Positions 27,630 to 42,963 of a DNA stretch of 64,000 nt are shown one piece after another (positions within the stretch are counted from its first letter, which is position 1; the number at the start of each line of letters is the position of its first letter). The position numbers were made by a program, and so were the translations under genes. Source of the stretch: Octopus vulgaris (Eukaryota); contig OX597818.1 of the NCBI GenBank assembly GCA_951406725.2, positions 100,750,001-100,814,000 on the forward strand, written 5' to 3'. The notes under the pieces are model-generated. The model was not told the origin of the DNA and did not search any database. It saw only the letters and a list, made by a program, of their open reading frames with translations.

Positions 27630-28075
27630 TTTTCATTTACTTCTTTTAGTCATTAGACTGCGGCAATGCTGGCCTTGAATCTCCTTGAAGAATTTCAGGG
27701 CCTGAAGAATCTCCTAGAAGAATTTCAGGGCCTGAAGAAATTCAGAAGCGAAAATACACCAATATCGGTTGTCAAATAGTGGTGGGGTAGAAATACATAT
27801 ACAAAGACACACACATACACATACGTACGCACATGCACGCACACACATATTTAAAGCTAAGTTTGTAAATTAGGTTTGTAGGGACATACAATCCTAGCGG
27901 GTACCGTATTTAGTATTACCGGTTAATAATTTTTCTTTCAGGCTTCTCTCAGTTTCCGTATACGAAATCCATACATAAGGCTCAGGTCGCCCGCTACTGC
28001 TGTATTATACTATTTTTCAAGGCGCCATGCAATGGGATTCAGCCGTGAATGATTTTGTTGGGAAACGTCGTACAA
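27630..28075 (-). mobile_element. Decayed SINE family B with an internal 30-bp tandem duplication (~27677-27736)
   Basis: ttctctcagtttccgtatacgaaatcca...aaggc and ggcgccatgcaatgggattcagcc match family B. Confidence 0.5.
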
Positions 28076-28176
28076 CACATTTACACCTCTGCCTATACAT
28101 TATGCATAAATTTAGAATATACTCTAGCGTCGTAAACATGGTGTTATTCACATAAACACACACATATACACACACA

Positions 28177-28938
28177 ATCCACAGAAATCCAGAGGCTGAA
28201 CCAGGTAGTTTCAAGGCAGCACAACTCGAATGGAACTGGAGGCAGATTTGCTCAGGCTCTTGGCATACCTGAGAATGGCTTTTGTAAACAGCCTCATGCA
28301 CGCCATGTCCACGACGGTGTATAGCGGTTTTGAACAGCCAAGGAGGGGATACACAGTATTGGACATGTCACGCCCTAAAAGCTCGATGTGCTCCATCTGC
28401 CCACTGCTAGAAATTATGACAACGACTGGTCAAATGGCATCCAAGAAATTGACTGTATCTGATCTATCAAAATTTGTCTCTAACATAATATATATATACT
28501 AGCAGTATCGCCCAGCGTTGCTCTGGTTTGTAAGGGAAATAACTATATAAGCATTTTTAGAGATGTAAAGTATAATAGCCATCTCAATATGGCTAACCAC
28601 AAGGGGGGTGTTACTGTAGATTTTTACGTTCTGAGATTTAATAATAAATTTTTAGAGAGTTACTTCCCTTATATATGCCAAAAATGCATTAAAAATGGGA
28701 AAAATTGATGGTATTTTTTTTTTAAATCGTAGACTCATCGTAGACGCGCGCTAAAACACAGGAGGGCTCGATATGAATCACGACTATAAGATACCCGGTT
28801 TTGGTTGAACTGCACCACAAAATGTGGGAGTAGTTAGGAATCTAATTTGTAGGAGACAGACAGCACACAACCTCTCTTTTATATATATATATATATATCA
28901 CAGTCACAAACGTCACGCGTTTATTTTGCGGTCCAGTG
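28177..28938 (+). mobile_element. Tc1 transposon 3' remnant (transposase C-terminus and TIR) interrupted by a Helitron
   Basis: TRMELEADLLRLLAYLRMAFVNSLMHAM, frameshift, then PRRCIAVLNSQGGDTQY (Tc1 C-terminal motif). TIR-like CGTTTATTTTGCGGTCCAGTG at 28918-28938. Confidence 0.75.
28499..28890 (-). mobile_element. Non-autonomous Helitron (~390 bp)
   Basis: Minus strand ends CCAGAGCAACGCTGGGCGATACTGCTAG (hairpin then CTAG). Homologous to 49168-49552. Confidence 0.8.
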
Positions 28939-29332
28939 AAGAAGCGTTACGAGTGGGAATATCTACGTTGATGCCTATGGAAAATTCTATACTAAAACGT
29001 AGACAAAACATACGCAAATGTACGCATGCGAAAAGGAAAAGAAAAGAATATGAGATATATCACCACCCAGTGTTATAGAATCATGAAGATGCACACCCCG
29101 TTGTCTTTTGAATGTTGTGGTTCATATAACCACCTGATGAAATCGTATTTTGATGGACCGTACATTTAGTACAATGTGCGTTTTTTGATTATCCTATACG
29201 CTATTGATATACTCAGCTATACTCAGTCGGATACAGTTAATCGTATACATAAACTGAATATTTTTGTGTATGTATTCGCCTATTTTTGTTGTGTATATTT
29301 TTTAGTTTTCGACCCGGTGCCTTAGCATTTAA

Positions 29333-29782
29333 GTGCCTGATTCACTAACAAAGGCAAAATTTGACCTCAGCAACAAAGACCAAACATTCACGGTATCTAA
29401 ATGCAATGATAGCCGATGTGGCACATGCCAATTCGTACATACCGGTCAATATATAAACACAAAAACCGGGAAAATATTCACAAACGCGAATATGAACTGC
29501 AAAAGCAGAAATTTAATTTACTGCATCAAATGCCCAAATTGTGAAGAAATATATGTAGGTCAGACGGGAAACGCACTATTAGAACGCTCACGTGTACACC
29601 GGCAACAGATTAGAGACCCAGAGGTCCGTCAGATACCTTTGAGTAACCACCTAGCAACATGTGGTCGGAAAATATATATAATATTTCCATTCTACAAATT
29701 ACACAGCCCAAGTGAAATCGAGAGGAAAATCAGAGAAAAGAATTTTATTGATAAATTCGAACCCAAGCTAAATAAGCAATAA
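29333..29782 (+). mobile_element. Penelope-like element ORF C-terminus: Cys linker and GIY-YIG endonuclease (5'-truncated)
   Basis: C..SRCGTC linker, NLIYCIKCPNCEEIYVGQT, R...H, E..FI.KF.PKLN motifs. Confidence 0.93.
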
Positions 29783-30021
29783 TAATAATACTTAGAGGTA
29801 TTACTTCCACTGCTTGACCTGTCCAACAAAGCGTGATGCCTAAACCAATCAGCTCAACCAACCAATCAGCTTAAGTAATTGAGTGATACTACACACTGAT
29901 TGGTCAGAATACAGTTTGCAAAACCTAGCACTCTGGAGCCTACCCAGCTGTATTTATAGCACAGAATCACTCATCTTGCTACAGTCAAAAATTGTGAAGC
30001 ATGACTGTCAACACTACTACA

Positions 30022-30066
30022 TGAACCCGAAGATTGCAGAATTCAATGCATGAAAGTACTAGTTCA
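30022..30066 (+). ncRNA. Minimal type I hammerhead in the Penelope 3' pLTR
   Basis: TGAAC-CCGAAGA-T-TGCA-gaattcaa-TGCA-T-GAAA-GTAC-TA-GTTCA: 5-bp stem I, palindromic AGTACT; U4C deviation in the core. Confidence 0.7.
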
Positions 30067-30228
30067 ATCAGAATGAATATTTAACATTCTACTATTTCAT
30101 TTTATTTTATTCAATTATAATATATTATCTTATAATATATCATTATAAGATTGTAAATAAAACGTGAAAATCAGACAAGGTTGGAATTCTTTTTATTAAT
30201 ATATTCTTCTATACACAATCACACACAC

Positions 30229-30264
<36 letters not shown>

Positions 30265-30579
30265 AGAGTATGAAAGTATCGGTGTCATGAAAACACAAAA
30301 TGTATCGGATAAACGCTAAGTAAATGCTATGGATAGACCATACTATATTAAGTGTAATACGCTTATTTGAATTTTTCTACATATATTTTCTCGTATGAAG
30401 ACACCTTTAACCACGTTCTTGCCTCGTGTTTACCAGATTGGATTTAAAAGTGAAATTTGTAGTTATCCTCAACACATAAGTCCCACCTTTTAACCCCTAT
30501 ACTATACGGTTTAACCTTTCTAATAATATCCCAGCCAATTGAACATATTTTATTACTATCCTTCGGCAACAAAATTAAT

Positions 30580-30645
<66 letters not shown>

Positions 30646-31164
30646 TATGTAAGTGTGTGTGTGTGTGCGTTTGTGCGTGCGTTTGTGCGTGCGTTTGTGT
30701 GTTTGGAGAGAGAAAGAGAGAGAGAGCGGTTAAAGGCATTCTTTGCATTCATATGCATTATATGTATCATCTCAGTGCTGAATTTGTGAATGAAAACATT
30801 GTTTAATCAGTACTTTTTTGCAATCAAATGTAAATCAAATAGTCTTACGATGCATCCCATACTACAAATCCACATTTATATCATTACTCATTTATTGACC
30901 TCATGCATCAACTGAGGTACAAAAGTGCGGTAACGTTTATCGAACGTGCATTATTTCAAGAAATGTCGCTTTGTTTCATTATTAATCATAAGTGACATCT
31001 TACTTAATACATGCACCTAAACATATGTTTGAAAATATTTCCGTCCATATCTCATGCTGTCACTTTATTCACCTGCTTTCATAACTCCAAGCTCATGTAC
31101 CAACGCAATTTTACATATCTCACAGAGCACTACAGATTGTTTAGCAATGATAATAACAAAATAA

Positions 31165-31416
31165 ATACGCCCTTTTTAAAACATAGCCAAGTTCATGGAC
31201 CCGGCTTCCCGGTTTTCTATGGCGTATGTATTTCCCAGCTGGACGGGACGCCAGTACATCGCACCCTCACACATTTCTGCCAGCTGAGTGGACTGGAGCA
31301 ACAGGAAATTAGGTGTTTTGCTCAAGAACACAACGCGTCGCCCGGTCCAGGAATTGAAACCACAATCTTACGATCATGATACTGACACCCTAACCACTAA
31401 GCCACGAGCCTCCACA
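31165..31416 (-). mobile_element. tRNA-derived SINE family C with TSD
   Basis: Minus head GGAGGCTCGTGGCTTAGTGGTTAGGGTG. TTTAGCAATGATAA repeated at ~31140 and ~31418. Confidence 0.8.
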
Positions 31417-32057
31417 CTTTAGCAATGATAACAAACGATATATCATCACTGAACTGTGTTAATTGAGAACCCTGTAAAAGAATTTGCCATTCAGTTCATG
31501 TACATTACGAAACCTTCTATATAATTTTGCTGTATTTTAAATTGGCTGTTTTAATTTATTTTATTAAATCATTGCATAAACCTAAAATAACCGGTGCATT
31601 CTAATTATTAATATTCATGTTAACTAAGAATTATCGTATGTCTTACGGATATCTCATTGGAATGTACTATGCGCACAGTTTGTATAAATATTAATTTGTT
31701 CTATACAGTGATCAATATAGTATCAATATAGTCTATCACATATTGAATCACGATTAATGGACAAATATATGCTTTATTCTCACGACATGTATTATTCGGT
31801 GATAAGACATTTTCTCAAAAACAATATTCGAGACGTGTAGATGTGAAGCAAATAATAATGTCGTAGAAATTTAAATAGTATAGTAAGTTTGTTATCATAT
31901 CGATCTCAAAAAATGAGCATTTGATTTCAGTGCAATTTTGAAGTATTTACTTAAATTGTTTTATCTGTTAAACAGAATATTATCTCTTTAAAAGCAATAT
32001 ATCTCAAGTAATAGTTACTGACGCAAACTGCATGCGTTTCATGTGCTTCAGAGAGTA

Positions 32058-32562
32058 TTGAGTTGTCCGCAAACTTCGTGCCGATTTTTAAAGGAAATAA
32101 CAAGGACAATAAATACTTGCCATTACATTTTTAATCATACGAATATAAAACATTTCGTTGCACAATAGGATTCCATCTTTCCTTTAACTTGAAAACACCC
32201 TCTTCCCAGAATTGAGGTGGTCTTATGGCAAAGAATTCATCAAGGTATCTTTTTACGTCATCCAATGAATTGAAGTTTTTACCGTCAAGACTGTTCTGTA
32301 GAGACTTGAATAAGTGTATATCCGAAGGAGCAATATCTGGTGAATATGGAGGGTGGGGTAACACATCCCAGCCGAGCTGCAGCAATTTTTTGTCTGGTTC
32401 CCAAATCATCAAGTGCCGAAAATGAAACCTTCTTATCTTCCATTTTAAAGGGTTACATAATTAATACAGGTTATAGGAACATAAACATTCTTCCACAAAA
32501 AGATAGCTTAAACTGTGCTCTAAATAGAAGTGTAGTCACATCCTATTTTATGGACTCAACTA
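32058..32562 (-). mobile_element. Second copy of the internally deleted mariner family
   Basis: Same deletion junction (WEPDK) and YSPDIAPSD motif as 13641-14207; one TIR retained. Confidence 0.9.
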
Positions 32563-32599
32563 TGCCAACTCACCGTCTCGACATTCCATTATATTTGTT

Positions 32600-33105
32600 T
32601 CAAATTTTGGCTCAAGATCAACAATGTTAGGAGAGGGGTAAAGTCGATTATATCGACCCTAAATTTAAACTGTTAGGCAAACTCGACCTCGGTAAAATTT
32701 GATCTGAGAACGTGATGACGGGACGAAATACCTATTTCTTTACTACCCACAAGGGGCTAAACATAGAGGGGACAAACAAGGAAAGACAAACGAATCCCAG
32801 TGAGTAATTGGTTCTTAATTTATCGACTCCGAAAGGATGAAAGGCAAAGTCGACCTCGGCGGAATTTGAACTCAGAACGTAACGGCAGACGAAATACCGC
32901 TACACATTTCGCTCGGCGTGTTAACAATTCTGCCATCTCACCACCTTACACTAACGTTCAATAATATTGATTTTAAATTTAGCACGAGGCCAGACATTTC
33001 GGGAGTGTGCCAAGTCGATTTAAAGTCAATGTAGATGAAGTTTGAACGTAGAGACAAAACGTCGCTAAGTATCTTCTGGCATGCTAACGATTCTGTCAGC
33101 TCACC
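32600..33105 (-). mobile_element. Cluster or multimer of SINE family A
   Basis: Repeated family core with the tail-to-internal junction gacgaaatacctatttctttactaccc. Confidence 0.75.
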
Positions 33106-33944
33106 ATGTCTAAGAAACTATATCATTAAGATGAACAATTGCAGAGCCAAGTTTTCACTATATATCAGTCTGCACTATTTGTTTTATTTACATGTTTCTC
33201 AGTTCAAATTTAAAAAGAATTGAATTTAGCCACTCGTAGACAATACAATGGGAATCTATAGTATAGAAGCACGCATATATCTAAATATACAAGTAGGACA
33301 TAATCATTAAAATTAAATGTATGCAGCAGATATGAAAAAGGTGTTCTAATGTTGGATAGTCTCGAGGTACTCACTGTTGCAAATTTTTGGATCCTTAGAT
33401 ATAGATCTAATGTCATTATGGTTTTATTTATTCTGCGTCATTCAAGTCAGAACCACTCGCATTTCTGGCTATATCACGACGGAACGCACAATATTTTTAT
33501 TGTCTCGTAATGCCAAAATGTCCGTCCATTTAGTCAACAATCTAAAGGGCATTAAGTAAAGTAATTGTTAGCCTATCTGCAGCGTAATGCTCAGAAATAA
33601 CCGAGCCGTAAAATATATTAATTTCTTTGCAACGAGCTTCAGCCGAAGAAAGCATAAACCGTGAAAGAATATTTTCTAAAAATCAGTTATAAGAAGCAGT
33701 AAATAACTTTCTTCTGTATGAACAGAATCAACCTATATTACGATTGTATATCGATGTATGAATGAGTGCACGCTTACTTTAATATAAATAAATGTTCACA
33801 TATCCATATATATATATATATATATATAATCACACAACCAAACAACTAAATATATGTATATGAGTATTAGTCTTTGAATGTGCGAGACGTATGCGTTTAC
33901 AAAAAAAAGTAAGCATGTATTAACGGTCTATATAAATATCTTAC

Positions 33945-34297
<353 letters not shown>

Positions 34298-34298
34298 T

Positions 34299-34593
34299 GA
34301 GGAGGCGCAATGGCCCAGTTAGCAGCGGACTCGCGGTCGGAAGATCGCGATTTCAATTCCCAGACCGGGCGTTGTGTGTGTTTATTGAACGAAAACACCT
34401 AAAGCTCCACAACGCTCCGACAGGAGGTGGTGGAAACCCTGTTGTACTCTTTGGACCCAATTTTCTCTCAATCTTGCTTCCTGTTTCTTGAGTAACGCTG
34501 CGATGGACTGGTGTCCCTTCCAGCTGGGGGAAACATATACACCACAGAAATCGGGAAACCAGGCCTATGAGACTGGCTAGGCTTGAAAAGAGC
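34299..34593 (+). mobile_element. SINE family C
   Basis: GGAGGCGCAATGGCCCAG head; homologous to 62479-62778 (minus). Confidence 0.8.
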
Positions 34594-34633
34594 GAAAAGG
34601 GGAAAAAAGTATATATATATATATATATATATA

Positions 34634-34680
<47 letters not shown>

Positions 34681-34879
34681 GAGACTGGTATTTTAACAAA
34701 AATCTGACTTGTAATATATATGATATCAGGAATTAAAAAGGTTGAGCGAGAGTACAATGTAAATCCATGATCATCCTTCGCATACTACATAACCCCACAC
34801 CTTCCACCTCTACTACTCTATCACTAGCCTCATTATTAACCCAAACCCCGAAATCTATTTCTTTCCTCCCACTACTCTC

Positions 34880-35931
<1,052 letters not shown>

Positions 35932-35938
35932 TATATAT

Positions 35939-36019
<81 letters not shown>

Positions 36020-36299
36020 CATATATATATATATCATAACGTATATACGCAAATATTTTAAATATCAGTTCGGTATATATAATATTAAAATGTTAAAATA
36101 AGGAAATTGCGCAATAATTTCATATAACATTATTAAATGCATGAGTGAATAATAAGAATAAACCTCGGTGAAGCGTGTCGAAGCCATTCTTAAAAGTGAA
36201 ATCGAAACATGCACTAGTATTTTAATACAAAATAAAGTCAAATTCAAATGAGACACTGAAAGTTTTTCCGGAAATCAATGCATGTTACACATATGGAAT

Positions 36300-37160
36300 T
36301 TTAACGGTCGACACTTTAAACTTCGTGGCATGCCACCAGCAAGTTTAAGAGCTTGCCTGTCTGGCTCAAACATATTTATCCTGGAACAGGATGAAGAAGT
36401 TTTCTGAGAGGCAAAGATTACATTTCATAGCTCTTTTATATGCTCCATGTTTGTATGATGCATTTTCTAGAATTTCCCAGGTTACATTGAAAGGAAGGGT
36501 GTTATTCTGTTTTAATTCCCACACAAGCTTTGCAGGACTAGTTTCTGTCCTATTCTTGGGGCATCGGAAAGAATTTCGGTGGGAATAGAATCGAGTCTGG
36601 AATGAATTTTCCGAGTGCGCTATGTAGGTTCTATATTCTTGTGAGTCATGTATTTGAACTTTACGTCTATTAACAATTCCTCCTTCAAGACATTTATCTG
36701 GCAACGGACAGCAAGTCTTATATCTGAAGTTGCAACAAGAATAGACATCCTTCAATGTTCGCCTATTAAAAACTCTAGAGATTGAACATTTTTAGAAAGC
36801 AATTTTCATAATTCCCTATTTGTATTAGTTTTCACAGCAATATCAAATGCGGGGTTCAACCACAAAAGATTCTTAGTTCTAGTTCTACGTGGACTATTAT
36901 TGTTAGAATGATCTTGACTATACTGCATCTTCTCCGAGAATCCACTATTCCTTAATACATTTTTATAATACGGCGCGGCCATTTTGATATGCTCTTTCTT
37001 CTGAAAAAATTGATGATATTCGCCGTCTTACGTTACTAAGATCCTAAGAAATACGGGTGGATTTACCCTGGGTATTCAGGATTTTTTCCTTCATTGTAAG
37101 CTGTTTTTGATTTAAGGTTTTTTTCGATTTGTATAATAACATTATTTTAAACCGCAATGT
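36300..37160 (-). mobile_element. Decayed Penelope-like RT C-terminus and GIY-YIG (second clade)
   Basis: CN.....CPL..KCL, TYIAHSENSFQTRFYSH..SF, WEIL, KCNLCLSE motifs; upstream LWLNPAF...VKTN. Confidence 0.88.
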
Positions 37161-37464
37161 GGATGAAAGGACCAATGGAACAGAATAATTTTCAAATGTG
37201 TATCTATCAAATTAATTATATACTTTCGTATAACTTTATATTGCCCCATTTCAAACAAAACTACCCAACTAACAGGAACTTGAATATCTGTATATATGTA
37301 GTTATACAACTATACTTATATTCTTGGAGAACTACGTTGCGTTGTGTCAATAAGCGAATATTAGATATATGTCCATACTTACACGTTTTCGTGACTCCAA
37401 CTTTTTCAATTATATATACATACATACACACATAGACACACAGACACACATACACACCCATATA

Positions 37465-37512
<48 letters not shown>

Positions 37513-40500
37513 TACATATATATAGCTGCATATATGCATATATATGTATATACATATGTGATATGTCCACATATATATATATATGCACACAAATGGATCA
37601 TATTTCGTAATTGCTTATAAAGGAATGATTAATATTTAGCAAGACGTGTGCACCAGTGTTGACGTAGGGGAGTATTAAAGCAAATAATATTTCATAGTAA
37701 TAACATTGTTGTAATACACGCATCTCATAAGGACAAGCAAATTTAAGATGCTGCAAAGTTAAATTTACAACAAATTGAAATAAAAAAGAACACGCATATG
37801 CCAATGGGATTATGATTTAATTGGAATTCAATATTTTAGAGAATATTAAGAGGATTCTGAATATAATTGGTGGTTAATGAATTACTTCTCGGGTTTGAAG
37901 TTATATATATATATATATAATGTAGAAAATATGAATTCATATCAAATCACAAACTGTGGAAGCTCCATAATATAAACGTTTCTTCAATCCATGTTTCCCT
38001 ATACGTTAATTATTATGTTCAACATATTGGAAAATAGGACGTTTTCGTTTCCTTAAATTCTGTAAGCACTATGATATCAATCCTTTCAGCTTGATTTCCT
38101 GAGTGAAACAGAATATAAAAATATCGTTTCTAAAATATAAAACACTAGAAAAATTATCGATATTCAAAGAGAGTGGGATGCGATGGAAAGCATTTTTGAT
38201 AACCGATTTTTCCCATTTCTCATCCTCTTGTGAAACATGAGCTATCAGTATTATTGAACACATTTTCCTTGTACAAAAGGAGTTAGTACATAACAGTAAC
38301 TAGAAAATTTGCATCTTAATTAGACTATTAAAACTAACTTTGACCGGATATGAAGCTGACACTGTCGGAAGATTCATTGCAAGTTCAATCTCCATAAAAT
38401 TAATGCAAACATCTCACAAAAATGCCACTGTTTAGCAATACATTTCCCCTCCAAAACTGCATATGAAATTTTATATGATTCATTTATTAATTAGCAATTA
38501 CAAGCTTTCGCTAAAGGGTGTATTGTGTTTTGTAATAGTAGCGAGAATATTAGAAACTCTGAAGAAGATCTAGAGATACATTTTATCAGATCAAAACCTA
38601 TCCTATGTTTGAGATAATAAAAAGTATAGATCGTTAATTTTCTCCTGAAAGGAAACGTACACCTCAGACATTTATGCATTCCAGATGAATATGTTTTTCT
38701 TGGAATTGAATAGAAAGGTATATTAATATGTCTACGAGGCGCAAGAGATGATTAGCATTTAGCATACGCATTTTAATGATTTATCAATGTTGACATTGAG
38801 AATGAATAAATGTGATAGCAAGATGAAGTACTTGCAAATTTATCACTCTAAAATAAATCAAAAATATGATAGTAGAAGAAAACAAACTAAAATTCTCAAA
38901 GTATTCCCCATGAACAGATTATTCACAAAAATTGTTTATAAATATTTATGAGGATGATGGGTTTCTTCCTATGTATTAGACTAACATCAAAGAATAACAC
39001 TCAGGATTAAACGAGCAGTTTTCCAACAACTATAAAGACACATGTTTGTTTAAGATATAGTATTTTTTTTCTCTGTAAAGTAAGATTCACGATTCATTTA
39101 CTTCTTGAGTTAAAAGGATCTGTACTTTCGACTGAACACAGGTTATTCGATAACCGAGAGTTTTGAAGAATAATCGATGATAATGACTTAAAAGTGTAAA
39201 ACAATGAAAGGAAAGTTGAAAATGAAACGGACGGAAAAGAAAACGACAAATAATCAATACAAAATGCATATTAGCGAAGAAATTAAGAGAATGTTAAGAA
39301 GAGCGACACATGAGGTAAAAAGATTAAAAAAAAAAGAGAACGAAAACATAGATAAGGGAAACAAAATAAACAAGGAATGAGAGGTAGAATGAAAGTCAGA
39401 CTAAAAAGCCCAAGGGAACGCTTTCACAGATAACGGATTGCGTTTAATCCCGAAAAGAAAGAGAGCGAGAGAGAAAAAAAGGTCTTGGAAATTTTCGGAA
39501 AAATGGATCAAGTACATATTTGTATTGCTAAGGGAAATTACAGTTATTATTGATGTTTGTGTAAATATTATCTTTACAACTTCCGTTGAATAGCAGAAAC
39601 AACATAATGCCCGAGTGAATGCATTATACTATAGTTTTTGGTCGTTAAATATTAAAGTGAGTACCATCAATAGTTATTTTGTGTTTCGTTTATCTAGTGT
39701 CTGTCCAAGAAATGCCGGTTGCGAACTTATGCCAATTATGTTGACTATATAGTACCTCACATGCCACCATAGACTGTATGGTCTCCTATCAGTGCTTGTA
39801 ACATTATTATTATTATCATTAAAAGTAGACGAAAGAAGGAAAGCTATCATAATAAATATAATGTCATGCAGTGTTTAGACACACATCTGTACATTTTATG
39901 TTCAAATCGGAAACATCTCGCAGATCGATAAAAATCATTACTTTTTAAGTACACGGGTGGATTTAATTGCCTAAAACCACCTCTAAAATATTTTTATTTC
40001 TGTCGAAGAGTGAAATCATTTTCCTTATTTCTATTCTGTATTCTTCATTTATTGACGAAACTATTAACACTTTGAACCTGCGAGTACGCTTCAGCGGGCA
40101 CGATTTCGTTCGAACTTTTCCCTACAAGACGGAATAGTGGGTGGTCACATGGATTTGTCACTGTGGCTTGCTTATTGCCAGAAACACCTTTGTTAAACCG
40201 CATATCGAAGACCATGTGCCCGGGTGCTTTTGAGTCTTCCAAAGTTATAGAGATCCGAAATCATGATCGCTAAAGCGTAAACGCGGGGCCAAAAACTGGT
40301 TAATAATTAATAAATAAGTGAAAAATACAAATTCGTAATCATAACAGAAACAACTACATCCTGAAGGGGATTATATCAATTGGAGCTACTTCTGTATCCA
40401 TGTTTTCTGACATGCAAATCATATCATATTTAACGTTCCCATTTTCTTCTTTTACTTAATCTACGCCAACGCTCCACATATCCCTTTATCTGTCTAACTA

Positions 40501-41706
40501 TATGTGGCTACGTATGCTTATACACCCAACCCCCACATACCTCCACGCGTGATGTGAGTATGTAGGACTTTGTGCAAGTAACTATGTGCATATCTATAAC
40601 TTTTTCGTTTGTACTCAATTTGCAGAATGATAGAAAACACATGCAACCACAATTAAGAAATGTTTACCATGGCAAGGCTCTGGGAAATTGTCTGAAAATA
40701 ATGTCCAATTCATTATGTTCACACCCGGCGCGGCATCTAAATCTGGAGGACTTGCTGAATGCGGTGTAGTTCTACTTTTGTATCTAAATGGCTATAATTG
40801 AACCCCAACATATCTTGTCTGCTGTTTTACCGACTACGTTTCATTGCAGTTAACATGCTTGAAATATTTATCAACCATCAAGTGCATCAGATGATCTCTT
40901 TTTTAGATAGCATTTTATAAAAACGGGGATCTAATGAGACTTAATCACATTATACTGTTCATTACGTTATCGGTATAATGACTAACAAAAAGGGGGAACA
41001 AATGGCTATAATAAAGCTCTATCGTAGTGTGTAGTGTAATTATATTTACTATATAATATATAATTGTAATTGTATGTAATTATAACGACGTTGATGCCTC
41101 TTAGTGTAAACAAAACTATTAGATAAAGGGAGAACAAATATTGAAATTGACTCATATATCTCTTCAATTTCAATTTCTAAATCAAGCAAATATCATTGAC
41201 TCATATTTCTCTAAAATTTCACATTCTAAAGCAAGCAAATATAGAATTAGCCAATATAAATATTTTCTATTTCTATAAAGCCGGTAAAAATATCCAAGAT
41301 AGAAAAATAATTTTATATTTCAGATAATATTGTTTTAGCAACTAATACGTTTTAGCATCCATTTTTAGTAGCTACTTGAAGAACATTGACAAAACATGTC
41401 ATAAATACAGAAATACTAAAAAATTGTATATTTATGAAACAATTTTGTATGACAGACTTTTACGAATAAAATATACAGTGAAATTGTTGCTCTCTGGTAT
41501 TACTAGGGTTGATAGTAGAACACATTAACTTATAATTAATGATACACAATTTATCTAATTAAGAAGGGTTGAGTAGCAGTATCATATTAAAGTATGGAGG
41601 AAAGACAGAAACGTAGATGTAGAAACCCACTGCCGAAAAAGAAAAAAACATTTATGTGCTTCCCTAGGGCTAATATAAAAATGAAATGAATTATATTAAA
41701 CATAAG

Positions 41707-42125
41707 CGTATGCCTGGCTGTGTTGTTAGAAGCTTCTTGACCAACAGCATGGTCTCGGGTTCACTCCCATTGTGTGGCACCTTGGGCGAGTGTTTTCTAC
41801 AATAACCTCGGGCTAACCAAAGCCTTCTGAGTGGATTTGGTAGATTGAAACATCGCTAGTCGTTAAATCTTTTTTTTATTTTTTCTCCCTGCTTATTTCT
41901 GTGTGTCTTTGTGTATGTGTTTGTCCACACCAGCGTTTGGCAACCGTTGTTGGTTTGTATATGTCCCGGAACTTAGCATTGGCAGTTCCTCATGAGAGGC
42001 CGATAGAATAAATACTAGGGTTACAAAAAATAAATCCTAGGGGCGATTTCTTCCAATGCAGTTGGTACTTTAGCATGGCTGGTGTTAAATGACTGAAACG
42101 TATAAAAGAGTAAAAGAATAAAAGA
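41707..42125 (+). mobile_element. SINE family B, near full length
   Basis: GGGTTCACTCCCA B-box, GCACCTTGGGCGAGTG CORE-like segment, TAAAAGAA-type tail. Confidence 0.75.
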
Positions 42126-42708
42126 ATGTAATAATTAAAACATAATTAAATTAAAATTGGAAAAAAAGCTGCAAAATCGCAAAGTAAATTAATTTCCTTT
42201 AGTATAATTCTTTAAAAGTAAGTCTTATGTGCTAAAATATAAAAAAAAATAAATATTAAATATTAAATAAACCATTGTAAGAATGAAAAACTAAATAATA
42301 AATGAAAGAATTACATATGATATTTAAAAAAAAGAATTAAAATGAAAATTTATTCCGAATATTATATTTTTTTTAAATTTTCTATGCAATAAGATAATAT
42401 AAATAAAATAATAAAGCAAAATGTGTTGAAATGAAAAAATAAATATTTGAAAATCAATTTTTTGTTGAGGTGTCAAAAGTAAAATATATATAAGGGGAAG
42501 TTAAAAGAATAATATTCAGAACTATATAGGATTATAGAACAGAATTATAGAACGATATAGAACAGATCGAACCCACAACTTATTTTTTGTAAGCCTAGTA
42601 CTTATTGTATTAGTGTTTTTGCCAAACCGCCATGTTACGTAGACGTAAACACACCAACATGTTGTCAAGCGATTGTCGAGGACAAACACATACACACAAA
42701 CATATACG

Positions 42709-42794
<86 letters not shown>

Positions 42795-42811
42795 CACATA
42801 TATATATTATT

Positions 42812-42920
42812 TGCATTTGACGGATGTTTGTCATCATCTTGTTTGTTGTTAACAGCGTTTTTGGTGATGTACCTTCATCTGGTGTCTTGGGGATATTTCG
42901 AACCTCGTTTCTCATTCCTC
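42812..42920 (-). mobile_element. Penelope-like repeat fragment with decayed hammerhead remnant
   Basis: Minus strand CCAGATGA-A-GG-tacatca-CC-AAAAAC; adjacent to a (TG)/(TA) tract. Confidence 0.3.

Positions 42921-42963
<43 letters not shown>

Noticed and set aside
28230-28502. 90-aa ORF as a host gene
   Set aside because: Explained as a frameshifted Tc1 transposase C-terminus.
29110-29170. Hairpin GTGGTT-catat-AACCAC followed by CTGATGA (type III hammerhead-like)
   Set aside because: The required GAAA is absent (GGACC instead).
40572-40769. Possible exon after TTTGCAG at ~40625
   Set aside because: Weak donor and no recognisable protein motif.
41140-41245. ~50-bp degenerate tandem duplication; similar older duplication at 56640-57070
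   Set aside because: Ordinary local duplications in AT-rich DNA with no further structure.
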